From: Gammaproteobacteria bacterium
Lineage (GTDB): Bacteria > Pseudomonadota > Gammaproteobacteria > Steroidobacterales > Rariloculaceae
DNA: 33,967 bases
Reading direction: 5' to 3'
Assembly (NCBI GenBank): GCA_016927175.1
Contig: JAFGNC010000373.1
Location: forward strand, 1-33,967
Shown: one piece after another, positions 19,108 to 27,891 of the stretch
Layout of the letters: every line of letters starts with the position of its first letter
How positions within the stretch are numbered: position 1 is the stretch's first letter
Notes under the pieces: generated by a model
What the model was told of the DNA's origin: nothing
The model's database searches: none
Seen by the model: the letters and a program-made list of their open reading frames with translations, nothing else
Translations under genes and position numbers: made by a program

Positions 19108-19140
19108 CGATCAGGCCTTCTGCGGAGGTTCACGGGTTCG

Positions 19141-19692
19141 TCAATCCGCGCGGCCGTCCGGCACCTCCTCGCCGAGCTCGACCGTCGGGGGATGATAACC
19201 TCTCGCGGCCAGCCACTCCCGAAGCGCCGGGCCCGTGCCCCGGGGCCAGGGCTTCAGCTTCGCGATCGGCACTTCCTTGTAGTCGGTCAGCTCCTCCTCG
19301 CACAGCCGGATCGGGCCGGGTCCGCCGCGGACGTGGTAAGCGAAAATGATCTGATTCAGCCGCTCGAAGGGGTAGGCGCCGAGGTATTCGCCGAGCTCGG
19401 CCGGGATGCCGATCTCCTCCTCGACCTCGCGCAGCACGGCGGCTTCCGGCGTCTCGTCCGGCTCGAGGAAACCGGTCACGAGGGCGTACCAGCTGTCGGG
19501 CCAGCCGCGGCTGCGGACGAGCACCACGCGCTCGTCCCGCTCGACGATCGCGGCAACCACCGGTATTGGATTGTCCCAGTGTACGAAGCCGCACCCCGTG
19601 CGCGGGCAGGCGAGCCGCATCCTGCCGCCGCGCATTTCCTCGCCGAGCTCCTCGCGGCAGAGCGGGCAGTACCGGTACCGGGAGCGGCTCAT
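19141..19692 (-). CDS. NUDIX hydrolase with N-terminal zinc ribbon
   Basis: Internal ATG 19692 forms an ATGA overlap with the methyltransferase stop. CPLC...CPRTGC zinc ribbon. Perfect NUDIX box GFLEPDETPEAAVLREVEEEIGI (Gx5Ex7REVxEExGI). Confidence 0.9.
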   Translation of the reverse strand: MSRSRYRYCPLCREELGEEMRGGRMRLACPRTGCGFVHWDNPIPVVAAIVERDERVVLVRSRGWPDSWYALVTGFLEPDETPEAAVLREVEEEIGIPAELGEYLGAYPFERLNQIIFAYHVRGGPGPIRLCEEELTDYKEVPIAKLKPWPRGTGPALREWLAARGYHPPTVELGEEVPDGRAD

Positions 19693-20453
19693 CCCCTCGG
19701 CCGTTCGAGCAGGTGCGAAAAGTAAAGGGTTTCGCCGGACTCGAAACGGCTGAAGGCGCGGTAGCCGACGACCCCGCTCCAGTCCCTGTATTGCTCGCGC
19801 ATCTCGGCCGGCATCGCGTCCACGATGGCTTCCCGCCGCGGGCTGTCGCGGCGCAGGGCCTCGAGCACGTTCGCGGTGATGTTGCGCCGCTCGAGCAGCG
19901 CGAAGCCGGCGCCCGCGAGATCGGCTGTGCAGTCGTCGTCCTTCCAGCAGCCGTCGACATAGCAGAACCGGCCGCCCGGACGCAGCACGCGGAAAACCTC
20001 GTCGAAGAATGCTTTTCTGTCGTCGTACAGGTGCGACGCCTCGATGTTGACCGCCACGTCGAATGACGCGTCGGCGAACTCGAGCGACTCGGCGTTGCCG
20101 ACACCGAACTCGAGATTGCCTGCATGATGGAGCGCCGTTGCGATGCGGATGTTCTCGGCGCTGACGTCGACGCCGACGTAGCGCCGCGGCCCGAAAGTCT
20201 TGGCCAGAAAAGCCGCGCCGCCCCCGCGGCCGCAGCTGATTTCGAGCACGTCGCGGCCGTTCAGAACGGTATCGCGCACGGCGTGCTCGTACAGACGCAG
20301 GCAATAGACCTCGGGCGCACCGTCGGCGACGACGGAATCGTCCGACGGCGCGCAATAGCCGTAGTTCATCAGCGAGAAATCGGGCGCGGAAGCGGCGGCC
20401 TGGTCGTAGTGCGCGCGCGCCGCGTCGGCTCGAGTCGCCGGCGAATCGCTCAT
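19689..20453 (-). CDS. Class I SAM-dependent methyltransferase
   Basis: Motif I VLEISCGRGGGAAFL, then VGVDVS and RVLRPGGRF. The N-terminal SLMNYGY..., ...LYEH pattern resembles small-molecule O/C-methyltransferases. Confidence 0.85.
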   Translation of the reverse strand: MSDSPATRADAARAHYDQAAASAPDFSLMNYGYCAPSDDSVVADGAPEVYCLRLYEHAVRDTVLNGRDVLEISCGRGGGAAFLAKTFGPRRYVGVDVSAENIRIATALHHAGNLEFGVGNAESLEFADASFDVAVNIEASHLYDDRKAFFDEVFRVLRPGGRFCYVDGCWKDDDCTADLAGAGFALLERRNITANVLEALRRDSPRREAIVDAMPAEMREQYRDWSGVVGYRAFSRFESGETLYFSHLLERPRG

Positions 20454-20484
20454 GGCAATCGTACCTCCGACTGCAAAAAGGTGT

Positions 20485-21873
20485 TCAGCTGCGCCGCACG
20501 TACATCTGCATTCCGTAGCGCGGGTGCATCGTCGTGCCGGCTGCCTGCGCGACCTTGTGCCCCGGCACGAGCTCGAGCACGTAGCGTTGCGCGAGCTGCG
20601 CGACCGCGAGCTTCAGCTCCGTCATCGCCATGGACCCGCCGATGCAGTTGCGGTGACCGGCCGCGAACGGAATGAACGCGAACCGCGGTCTTGCGGCCGA
20701 GTTCTGCGGCTCGAAGCGCTCCGGATCGAAACGGTGCGGATCTGGCCACAGCTGCGGCAGGCGATGCACCGCGTACAGGGACACGTAGATCGTCGAGCCC
20801 GCCGGTATAGCGTAGCCGCCGATCGTGTCGTCTTCCAGCGCGACGCGGGAGATCGAATGAATCGGAGAGTACAGGCGCAGCGATTCGTTGACGACCTGCT
20901 CCGTGTAGAGGAGAGCGTCGACGTCCTCCGCAGCGGGCACTCGCGAGCCCACGACCGTTTCGACCTCCTGTTTCAGCTTCGCCCTGACTTCGGGGTGCTC
21001 GTGCAGCAGGTAGTGGATCCACGTCAGCGAGGCCGAGGACGTCTCGTGGCCCGCGAAGAACAGCGTCAGAAGCTGCGCGCGCAGCGACTCGGGCGGGAAC
21101 TCGTCGCCCTGCTCGCGGCTCGCCTGCACGAGTTGGCCGAGCACGCCGCAATCCTCGAAATTCCCCGGCCGCTCCGACTCGATGTACTCGTAAACGCAGG
21201 CGTCGATGTCCCGCACGGCACGCTCGAGCTGCGGCGTCCAGCCGTCGGATCTCCGCACCAGCGCGTGGATCGCGCTTTTCGGCGGCAGGGGCCACAGGTT
21301 CTTGATCTCGACGGCGGCGCGGCAGAAACGGTCCGCGATGCGCTCGAAACCCGGGCCCATCAGATAGCGCCCCGCTATGCGCTGCGAAAGGTCCAGGAAC
21401 TCCGATTCCGTATCGACGGCGATGCCTTGGTCGGCGACTCGTTCCCAGCGGTCGAGGAAGCTCGAGATATCCTGCGCCATCCAGGATACCTGGCGAGCCA
21501 CGTAGTCGGCCTTGAACGTCGGCTGGGTGATCAGCCGCTGCCGCTTCCACGCGTCGCCCTCTGTCAGCAGCAGCCCTTCGCCGAGCACTTCGACCGCGAC
21601 GCGGTAGCGCGTGTTTTTGCGGTACCTGCGCCTTTTCGTGACGAGCAGCTCGTACAGCAGGTCCGGATCGGAGATCAGGTAGACGTGGCGCCCCTTCAGC
21701 GGCACTCGGGCGATGCCGCCGTAGCGCACGGCGATGCCGTGCCAGAACTTCATCGGATTGCGCAGAAGTCCGTCCAGGCAGCCGAAGTACGGCAAGCCCT
21801 TCGGGCCGGGCGGTGTGACGTCTGAAACGCCATCCAGATGCTCCGCCCGCGTAGCGGGATGATTGCGTGCCAC
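20485..21873 (-). CDS. Cytochrome P450
   Basis: GTG 21873 lies 6 nt after GGAGGGGGG. N-terminal PPGPKGLPYFG. I-helix FFAGHETSS, ExxR ESLRLYSP, heme loop FIPFAAGHRNCIGGSMA. Confidence 0.9.
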   Translation of the reverse strand: MARNHPATRAEHLDGVSDVTPPGPKGLPYFGCLDGLLRNPMKFWHGIAVRYGGIARVPLKGRHVYLISDPDLLYELLVTKRRRYRKNTRYRVAVEVLGEGLLLTEGDAWKRQRLITQPTFKADYVARQVSWMAQDISSFLDRWERVADQGIAVDTESEFLDLSQRIAGRYLMGPGFERIADRFCRAAVEIKNLWPLPPKSAIHALVRRSDGWTPQLERAVRDIDACVYEYIESERPGNFEDCGVLGQLVQASREQGDEFPPESLRAQLLTLFFAGHETSSASLTWIHYLLHEHPEVRAKLKQEVETVVGSRVPAAEDVDALLYTEQVVNESLRLYSPIHSISRVALEDDTIGGYAIPAGSTIYVSLYAVHRLPQLWPDPHRFDPERFEPQNSAARPRFAFIPFAAGHRNCIGGSMAMTELKLAVAQLAQRYVLELVPGHKVAQAAGTTMHPRYGMQMYVRRS

Positions 21874-21906
21874 GGCTGCCCCCCCTCCAGCTGCGTGAAT
21901 GGACCG

Positions 21907-21960
21907 CCTTCGCCGGCCATGCCGGCGCCGGAACGCGGCGCCGGCGGACTGCGGCGAAGG
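21907..21960. repeat. Two-tier GC-rich palindrome/hairpin in the P450-metY divergent region
   Basis: Outer arms CCTTCGCC (21907-21914) / GGCGAAGG (21953-21960). Inner perfect arms GCCGGCGCCG (21921-21930) / CGGCGCCGGC (21936-21945), with loop gaacg. Confidence 0.6.
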
Positions 21961-22055
21961 TTGCCGCACGGGTCCCCGGCCGGCGGCCATTTGCTTTCGA
22001 CAGTATCTGTCAGCAAGCTAGTAAAAGACAACGAACGCACCGGAGACTATAGTCA

Positions 22056-23336
22056 GTGAAGCTCGAGACGCAGTGTCTGCACGCCGGCACGCAGCCGGAC
22101 CCGACGACGAATTCCCGCGCGATTCCGATCCATCGCACGAGCTCGTACGTTTTCGACAGCACGGAGCACGCCGCGAATCTGTTTGGGCTCAAAGAGCTCG
22201 GCAACATCTACACGCGGATCATGAACCCTACGCAGGATGCGCTCGAGCAGCGTATGGCCGCGATGGAAGGGGGCGCGGCCGGTCTCGCCCTCGCATCCGG
22301 CACGGCCGCCGTGTTCAACAGCATCAACAACATCTGCCGCGCCGGCGACGAGATCGTCTCGGCCAATAACCTCTACGGCGGCACTTTCACGATGTTCAAC
22401 GACCTGCTGCCGCAGTTCGGCTACAAGGTCAGCTTCGTCGATCCGAACGAGCCGGAGAATTTCGCCGCGGCGATCACGCCGAGGACGAAGCTCCTGTTCG
22501 TCGAGACGCTGTCGAACCCCGCCTGTGACGTAGCCGATATCGAGGCGATCGCGGAGATCGCGCACTCGCACGGTCTGCCGCTCGTCGTCGACGCCACCTT
22601 CACGACGCCCGTGCTGCAGCGTTCTATCGACTTCGGGGCGGACATCGTCGTCAACTCGCTGACGAAGTGGCTCGGCGGTCACGGCACGGGCATCGGCGGC
22701 ATCGTCGTCGATTCCGGCCGCTTCGACTGGAAGAGCGACAAGTTTCCGCTGATGACGGAGCCCGATTCGAGCTACCACGGCGTGCGCTGGGCCTACGATC
22801 TGCCGGAGCCGCTCGCGCCGGTGGCCTATCTGATCAGGATGCGGGTCATCCCGCTGCGCAACCTCGGCGCCTGCATCAGCCCGGACAACGCGTGGATGTT
22901 CATGCAGGGCATCGAGACGCTGCCGCTGCGGATGGAGAGGCACTGCGACAACGCGCTGAGAGTCGCCGAGTACCTGAAGGATCATCCGCAGGTGGAATGG
23001 ATCCGCTACCCGGGCCTGCCGGGAGATCCGGCCAACCGGCTGAACGAGAAGTATCTGAACGGGATGGGCGGCGCGATGGTCGTGTTCGGCATCAAGGGCG
23101 GAACCGAAGCCGGCAGGAAGTTCATCGAGGGGCTCGAGATGTTCAGTCACCTCGCGAACGTCGGCGACGCCAAGAGCCTCGCGATCCACCCGGCCACGAC
23201 GACGCACTCGCAGCTGTCGCCGGAGCAGCAGCGCGCCGGAGGGATCGCGCCAGAGCTCGTACGCCTTTCGGTCGGAATCGAGCACATCGACGACATCGTG
23301 GCCGACATCGACAAGGGGCTCGCGGCGGCAAAGTAG
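22056..23336 (+). CDS. metY: O-acetylhomoserine aminocarboxypropyltransferase/sulfhydrylase
   Basis: MKLETQCLHAGTQPDPTTNSRAIPIHRTSSYVF, NIYTRIMNPT, PLP-Lys motif NSLTKWLGGHGT, and ANVGDAKSLAIHPATTTHSQL. GTG start. Confidence 0.9.
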   Translation: MKLETQCLHAGTQPDPTTNSRAIPIHRTSSYVFDSTEHAANLFGLKELGNIYTRIMNPTQDALEQRMAAMEGGAAGLALASGTAAVFNSINNICRAGDEIVSANNLYGGTFTMFNDLLPQFGYKVSFVDPNEPENFAAAITPRTKLLFVETLSNPACDVADIEAIAEIAHSHGLPLVVDATFTTPVLQRSIDFGADIVVNSLTKWLGGHGTGIGGIVVDSGRFDWKSDKFPLMTEPDSSYHGVRWAYDLPEPLAPVAYLIRMRVIPLRNLGACISPDNAWMFMQGIETLPLRMERHCDNALRVAEYLKDHPQVEWIRYPGLPGDPANRLNEKYLNGMGGAMVVFGIKGGTEAGRKFIEGLEMFSHLANVGDAKSLAIHPATTTHSQLSPEQQRAGGIAPELVRLSVGIEHIDDIVADIDKGLAAAK

Positions 23337-23368
23337 CGCCGGCCCCGTTGACCGGAGCCGATCCGGGC

Positions 23369-24415
23369 GTGACGAAAGCAATCGAAACCTTTGCGAGCTT
23401 CCTGCTCGAGAGCGGCCGGGAGCTGACGGGCATTCCGGTCGCATATCGCGCGTGGGGGCGGCTGAACGCCGCTGCGGACAATGCGGTCGTCGTCTGCCAT
23501 GCGCTGACCGGCAACGTCGACGTGGACGACTGGTGGGCGGGGCTGCTCGGCCCGGGGCGCGCGCTGGATACGGACAGGTACTTCGTCGTCTGCGCCAACG
23601 TGCTCGGCTCGCCTTACGGCACGGCCTCGCCGCTGAGCGAGGATCCCGCGACGGGGCGTGCGTACGGCGCGGACTTTCCGGTCGCGACCGTGCGCGATTC
23701 CGTGGCGCTGCACAGGCGGCTGCTGGAGCGGCTCGGCGTGCGGCAGGTCGCATTCACGATAGGCGGGTCGATGGGCGGCATGCAGGCGCTCGAGTGGGCA
23801 TTCGAGGGCGACTTCGTCCGGGCGATCGTGCCGATCGGCGTCGGCGGGCGCCACTCGGCATGGTGCATCGCATGGAGCGAGGCGCAGCGGCATGCGATCT
23901 ATTCGGATCCGGCCTGGCGAGGCGGGCGCTACGTGCCGGGGCAGGGGCCGGACGCCGGTCTCGCGACGGCGCGTATGATGGCGATGGTTTCGTACCGGTC
24001 GTATGCGTCGTTCGAGGCGCGCTTCGGCCGGTCGGCGGCGGAGGGCGAAGACGGCCCGGCAGGCTTTGCGATCGAGTCCTACCTGCGGCACCAAGGCGAG
24101 AAGCTCGTCGAGCGTTTCGATGCGAACTGCTACGTTCGGCTGACGCAGAAAATGGACACCCACGACGTGTCGCGGGGCCGGGGCGGCTACCATGACGTGC
24201 TCGGCCGCATCGAGCAGCCGGCGCTTATCGTCGGCATCGACACGGATGTGCTGTATCCGCTTGCGGAGCAGCGCGAGCTGGCGCAACGCCTTCCCCGGGC
24301 GCAGCTGGCCGTGCTCGAGGCGGAGCACGGGCACGACTCCTTCCTGATCGAGCTCGATCAGCTGAACGACATCGTCGCGAGCTGGCGGCGCGGCGTCGTC
24401 GACCGCGACCGCTGA
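23369..24415 (+). CDS. metX: Homoserine O-acetyltransferase
   Basis: AVVVCHALTGN, YFVVCANVLGS(P)YG, nucleophile elbow GGSMGGMQALEW, and GIDTDVLYP...HGHDSFL. Start is GTG 23369, or alternatively TTG 23348. The track ORF start at 22667 lies inside metY. Confidence 0.9.
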   Translation: MTKAIETFASFLLESGRELTGIPVAYRAWGRLNAAADNAVVVCHALTGNVDVDDWWAGLLGPGRALDTDRYFVVCANVLGSPYGTASPLSEDPATGRAYGADFPVATVRDSVALHRRLLERLGVRQVAFTIGGSMGGMQALEWAFEGDFVRAIVPIGVGGRHSAWCIAWSEAQRHAIYSDPAWRGGRYVPGQGPDAGLATARMMAMVSYRSYASFEARFGRSAAEGEDGPAGFAIESYLRHQGEKLVERFDANCYVRLTQKMDTHDVSRGRGGYHDVLGRIEQPALIVGIDTDVLYPLAEQRELAQRLPRAQLAVLEAEHGHDSFLIELDQLNDIVASWRRGVVDRDR

Positions 24416-24438
24416 CGACGATGTCCGCGTCGGCGGCG

Positions 24439-24483
24439 GGCGGAGCGCGGCGGCGACCCCTGGCGGCAGCCCGCGTCTCCGCC
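24439..24483 (+). terminator. Possible terminator hairpin after metX (no U-run)
   Basis: GGCGGAGCGCGG (24439-24450) pairs with CCGCGTCTCCGCC (24471-24483), with a one-nucleotide bulge. Confidence 0.25.
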
Positions 24484-24554
24484 GGGTGGACCCGTCCCGG
24501 TTTCGGCGTCAGAATCGCGGGCTTCGTTCGCCTCCTCGAAGGGATCATTCGGAC

Positions 24555-24623
24555 ATGCCGTACGGCAGCGTTGTCATGACCGGCGCGCACGCGCGTCCGT
24601 TCGTCGCAGAGCTCGAACGGTGA
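24555..24623 (+). promoter_or_regulatory. Candidate 22-codon leader ORF translationally coupled to the MFS transporter gene
   Basis: ATG 24555 lies about 7 nt after GAAGGGA. It encodes MPYGSVVMTGAHARPFVAELER, and its TGA (24621-24623) overlaps the GTG start (24620-24622) of the MFS gene (GTGA). Purely sequence-based. Confidence 0.25.
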
Positions 24624-25840
24624 ATCCGCCGCGCAATTTCATTCTGTTCGTCGGCGCGCTGATCGCGCTCGGCCCGCTGAGCCTCGACGCCTACCTGCCG
24701 GCCATGCCGCAGATGGCGGAGGCGTTCGGCGTCGGTATCGTGAAGCTGAACAACACGATCAGCACGTACCTGATCGGCTTCGGGTTCGGGCAGTTCTTCG
24801 GCGGCGCGTTCTCCGACCAGGTCGGACGCAAGCGCATCGGGCTGATCGGGCTCGCCGTGTTCTGCGCTGCGTCACTGGCGATCATGCTCGCCGACACGAT
24901 CGGGCAGGTGCAGGCACTGCGTCTCGTGCAGGCAGTCGGCGGCGGCTTCTCGACCGTGATCTGCATGGCCGCGGTGCGGGACGTGTATCCGGTCGAGGAG
25001 CTCGGGCGCAAGTTCGCTACGGTCACGATGATCATGCTGCTCGCGCCGCTGGTCGCGCCCGGCATCGGCGCGTTTCTGCTCGGCTTCGGCTGGCAGGCGA
25101 TCTTTGCAGCGAAGGCGGCCTACGCGGCAGTGCTGCTGCTCGTCTATCTGCTCGCGGTGCCGGAGACGCATCCCGGGGAGTGGCGGAAGCTGTCCGTCGC
25201 GTCGACGATCCGGCAATGTGCCGAGGTCGTCACGCGGCGCGTCGACGGCCGCCGGCTGCCGATCCGCTACGCCGTCGCGATGGCGCTGTCGGCCAGCGTG
25301 TTCATGACGTTCCTGACCAATTCCTCCTTCCTCTACATCGAGTACTTCGGCGTGGCGCCGACGGCGTTCCCGGTGTTCTTCGGCTTCAACGTGATCGGCA
25401 TGATGTCGGCGAACTTCTTGAGCATGAAGCGCCTCGACTCCGACAACGCCGGCAAGTATTTCCGTCGCGGGCTTCTCGTGCAGGCGGCCGGAGCCGTCTA
25501 CCTGTTGCTGATCGTCGCGGCGGGGCTCGACTCCCTGTGGACCGTCGTTCCGGCGATCGTGCTCGTCGTGTCGACGATGGGCGTCGTGGGGCCCGCCGGT
25601 TCCGCCCGTTACATGAGCTTCTTCCACAAGCTGTCCGGCAGCGCGTCGTCCACGTATACCACGATGATGTTCTCCGGCGGCGCGGCGCTCGGTGCGCTGA
25701 CGGGGGTGTTTTTCGACGGCAGTCTCCTGCCGATAGTGGCCGTCATGGTCGCGGCGAGTCTCGCCGCGAATGCGATCGGGGCCTCGCTGCCCCGCGACGC
25801 GGAAGTGCCGGCGCCGGTTCGTGAGCGCAGCGCCGCCTGA
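24620..25840 (+). CDS. MFS transporter, Bcr/CflA drug-resistance subfamily
   Basis: About 12 hydrophobic spans. N-terminus ILFVGALIALGPLSLDAYLPAMPQMAEAF and GAFSDQVGRKR (MFS motif A), typical of Bcr/CflA-type efflux pumps. Confidence 0.85.
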   Translation: MNPPRNFILFVGALIALGPLSLDAYLPAMPQMAEAFGVGIVKLNNTISTYLIGFGFGQFFGGAFSDQVGRKRIGLIGLAVFCAASLAIMLADTIGQVQALRLVQAVGGGFSTVICMAAVRDVYPVEELGRKFATVTMIMLLAPLVAPGIGAFLLGFGWQAIFAAKAAYAAVLLLVYLLAVPETHPGEWRKLSVASTIRQCAEVVTRRVDGRRLPIRYAVAMALSASVFMTFLTNSSFLYIEYFGVAPTAFPVFFGFNVIGMMSANFLSMKRLDSDNAGKYFRRGLLVQAAGAVYLLLIVAAGLDSLWTVVPAIVLVVSTMGVVGPAGSARYMSFFHKLSGSASSTYTTMMFSGGAALGALTGVFFDGSLLPIVAVMVAASLAANAIGASLPRDAEVPAPVRERSAA

Positions 25841-25941
25841 CGGCGCTTGGGGGCGGCCTATGGTGCTAGACTGCCCCGGACCGGCAGGAAAGGGGCGAAA
25901 CGGCCCCGAGTTTCGCTCGACCAGCGGGAGTTGTATTCGAC

Positions 25942-26967
25942 ATGATCATCGACTGTCACGGGCATTACACGACCGGCCCCAAGGAGCTCGGCGAGTACCG
26001 CGACAAGCAGAAGGCGGCGCTGAAGAAGGATCCGAACCACCAGGCCGTCAAAGGCACGCTGAACATCTCCGACGATCAGCTGCGGGAAAGCGTCGAAGGC
26101 GCGCAGCTCAAGCTGCAGCGCGAACGCGGCACGGACGTCACGATCTTCTCTCCGCGGGCGAGCTGGATGGGGCACCACATCGGCAACGAGTCTACGAGCC
26201 GCGCCTGGACCGAGCACTGCAACGATCTGATCTACCGGCTGACGCAGCTCTATCCGCGCAACTTCGTCGGCGCGGCGCAGCTGCCGCAATCGCCGGGCGC
26301 GCCGATCGACGGTTCCGTCCGGGAGCTCGAGCGCTGTGTGCTCGAGCTCGGCTTCGTCGGCTGCAACCTGAACCCGGATCCGACCGGCGGCTTCTTCACC
26401 GGTCCCGAGCTCGGTGACCGCTACTGGTACCCGCTGTACGAGAAGATGTGCGAGCTCGAAGTCCCGGCGATGATCCATGTCAGCGGCGCCTGCAATACGC
26501 CGTACTTCCAGACCACGGGCTCCTATTACCTCAGCGCCGACACCGTCGCCTTCATGCAGATGATGACATCCGACATCTTCGAGGATTTCCCGGATCTGAA
26601 ATTCATCATTCCGCACGGCGGCGGCGCCGTGCCGTATCACTGGGGGCGCTTCCGCGGCCTCGCCGACATGCTGAAGCGGCCGCCGCTGGACGAGTCCGTG
26701 CTGAACAACGTCTATTTCGACACGTGCGTCTACCACCAGCCCGGAATCGACCTGCTGCTGAAGGTCATCCCGATCGAGAACATTCTGTTCGCGTCCGAGA
26801 TGGTCGGCGCCGTGCGCGGAATCGACCCGGAGACCGGCCACTATTTCGACGACACGAAGCGCTACATCGACGGCAGCGAGGCGCTGACCGAGGCCGAGCG
26901 CCAGCAGATTTTCGAAGGCAACATCCGGCGCGTATTCAAACGTTTTCCGGCCGATCTCCGAAGCTGA
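25942..26967 (+). CDS. ligJ: Amidohydrolase-2 family hydratase, LigJ-like (4-oxalomesaconate hydratase)
   Basis: 341 aa. MIIDCHGHYTT, TIFSPRAS, ELERCVLELGFVGCNLNPDP, FIIPHGGGAVPYHWGRFRGLADMLK, FDTCVYHQPGI and SEMVGAVRGIDPETGHYFDDTKRYID match my recollection of Sphingobium LigJ almost block for block. Confidence 0.65.
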   Translation: MIIDCHGHYTTGPKELGEYRDKQKAALKKDPNHQAVKGTLNISDDQLRESVEGAQLKLQRERGTDVTIFSPRASWMGHHIGNESTSRAWTEHCNDLIYRLTQLYPRNFVGAAQLPQSPGAPIDGSVRELERCVLELGFVGCNLNPDPTGGFFTGPELGDRYWYPLYEKMCELEVPAMIHVSGACNTPYFQTTGSYYLSADTVAFMQMMTSDIFEDFPDLKFIIPHGGGAVPYHWGRFRGLADMLKRPPLDESVLNNVYFDTCVYHQPGIDLLLKVIPIENILFASEMVGAVRGIDPETGHYFDDTKRYIDGSEALTEAERQQIFEGNIRRVFKRFPADLRS

Positions 26968-27008
26968 CGGGGAGCGGGGCGTTGGCGCGCGCGGTCGAGG
27001 AACGTCCC

Positions 27009-27839
27009 ATGGCGGGCGTGGACGTCGACGCCTATTTCCGCAGGATCGGTCACGACGCGAGCGGCGCGCCGACGCTCGCGACGCTGCGCGCGCTGCACCG
27101 GCACCATCCGCTCGCTATCCCTTTCGAGAACCTGACGACTCTGATCGGTCAGACGCCGCCGCTCGACGCGGCGTCGCTGCAGCACAAGATGGTGACGACC
27201 GGCCGCGGCGGGTACTGCTTCGAGCAGAACCACCTGTTCAGCGCGGTGCTGCGCACGCTCGGCTACAAGGTCACGGGGCTCGCCGCACGAGTGCTGTGGG
27301 AACGCGCCGACGACGCGCTGACGCCCCGCACGCACATGCTGCTGGCCGTGCGAATCTCGGGCCGGACCTATATCAGCGACGTCGGTTTCGGCGGTCTCAC
27401 GCTGACGGCACCGCTGCTGCTCGAGCCGGGCATCGAGCAGACGACGCCGCACGAGACTTTCCGCCTGATGTCGGCGAACAGAGGCTTCGTGCTGCAGGCC
27501 AGGCTCGGCGACGAATGGCGGTCGCTTTACTGGTTCGATCTGCAGGAGCACCACGAGATCGACTTCGAAGTCCTGAACCATTTCGTCGCGACCTACCCCG
27601 GCTCGCCGTTTCCGTCACAGCTCTATGCGGCAAGAACGTTGCCGGACCGCCGGCTCGGTCTGAGAAACGAGCGCTTTTCCGTGTACGGGCTCGATGGCAG
27701 CGTCGAGCGCACCGTCCTCGCCGACGTGCCGGCCGTGCGCAGCGTGCTGATGGAGCACTTCGGTCTCGCGCTGCCGGCGGACGACCGGCTGGACGCCGCG
27801 CTCGCGCGGGCAATCTCGGCCGCAGCGCGGACCCCTTAG
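27009..27839 (+). CDS. Arylamine N-acetyltransferase
   Basis: MAGVDVDAYFRRIGH..., PFENL, catalytic Cys in GRGGYCFEQN, HMLL and ISDVGFG (Cys-His-Asp triad context). ATG 27009 is internal to the track ORF 26448. Confidence 0.9.
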   Translation: MAGVDVDAYFRRIGHDASGAPTLATLRALHRHHPLAIPFENLTTLIGQTPPLDAASLQHKMVTTGRGGYCFEQNHLFSAVLRTLGYKVTGLAARVLWERADDALTPRTHMLLAVRISGRTYISDVGFGGLTLTAPLLLEPGIEQTTPHETFRLMSANRGFVLQARLGDEWRSLYWFDLQEHHEIDFEVLNHFVATYPGSPFPSQLYAARTLPDRRLGLRNERFSVYGLDGSVERTVLADVPAVRSVLMEHFGLALPADDRLDAALARAISAAARTP

Positions 27840-27891
27840 GAAGCGCATCACGCCAACGCCGCGCAGCCCCCGCGGTAGGCGGCCGATCGTT

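Noticed and set aside
21990-22055. Possible SAM-II/SAM-V-type riboswitch upstream of metY (AGCAAGCUAGUAAAAG after hairpin GACAG-uau-CUGUC)
   Set aside because: There is only a loose resemblance to the AAAGCU-containing strand. The hairpin loop is 3 nt, too small for the required pseudoknot/triplex, and there is no U-rich loop. The region is more simply the AT-rich divergent promoter and SD region.
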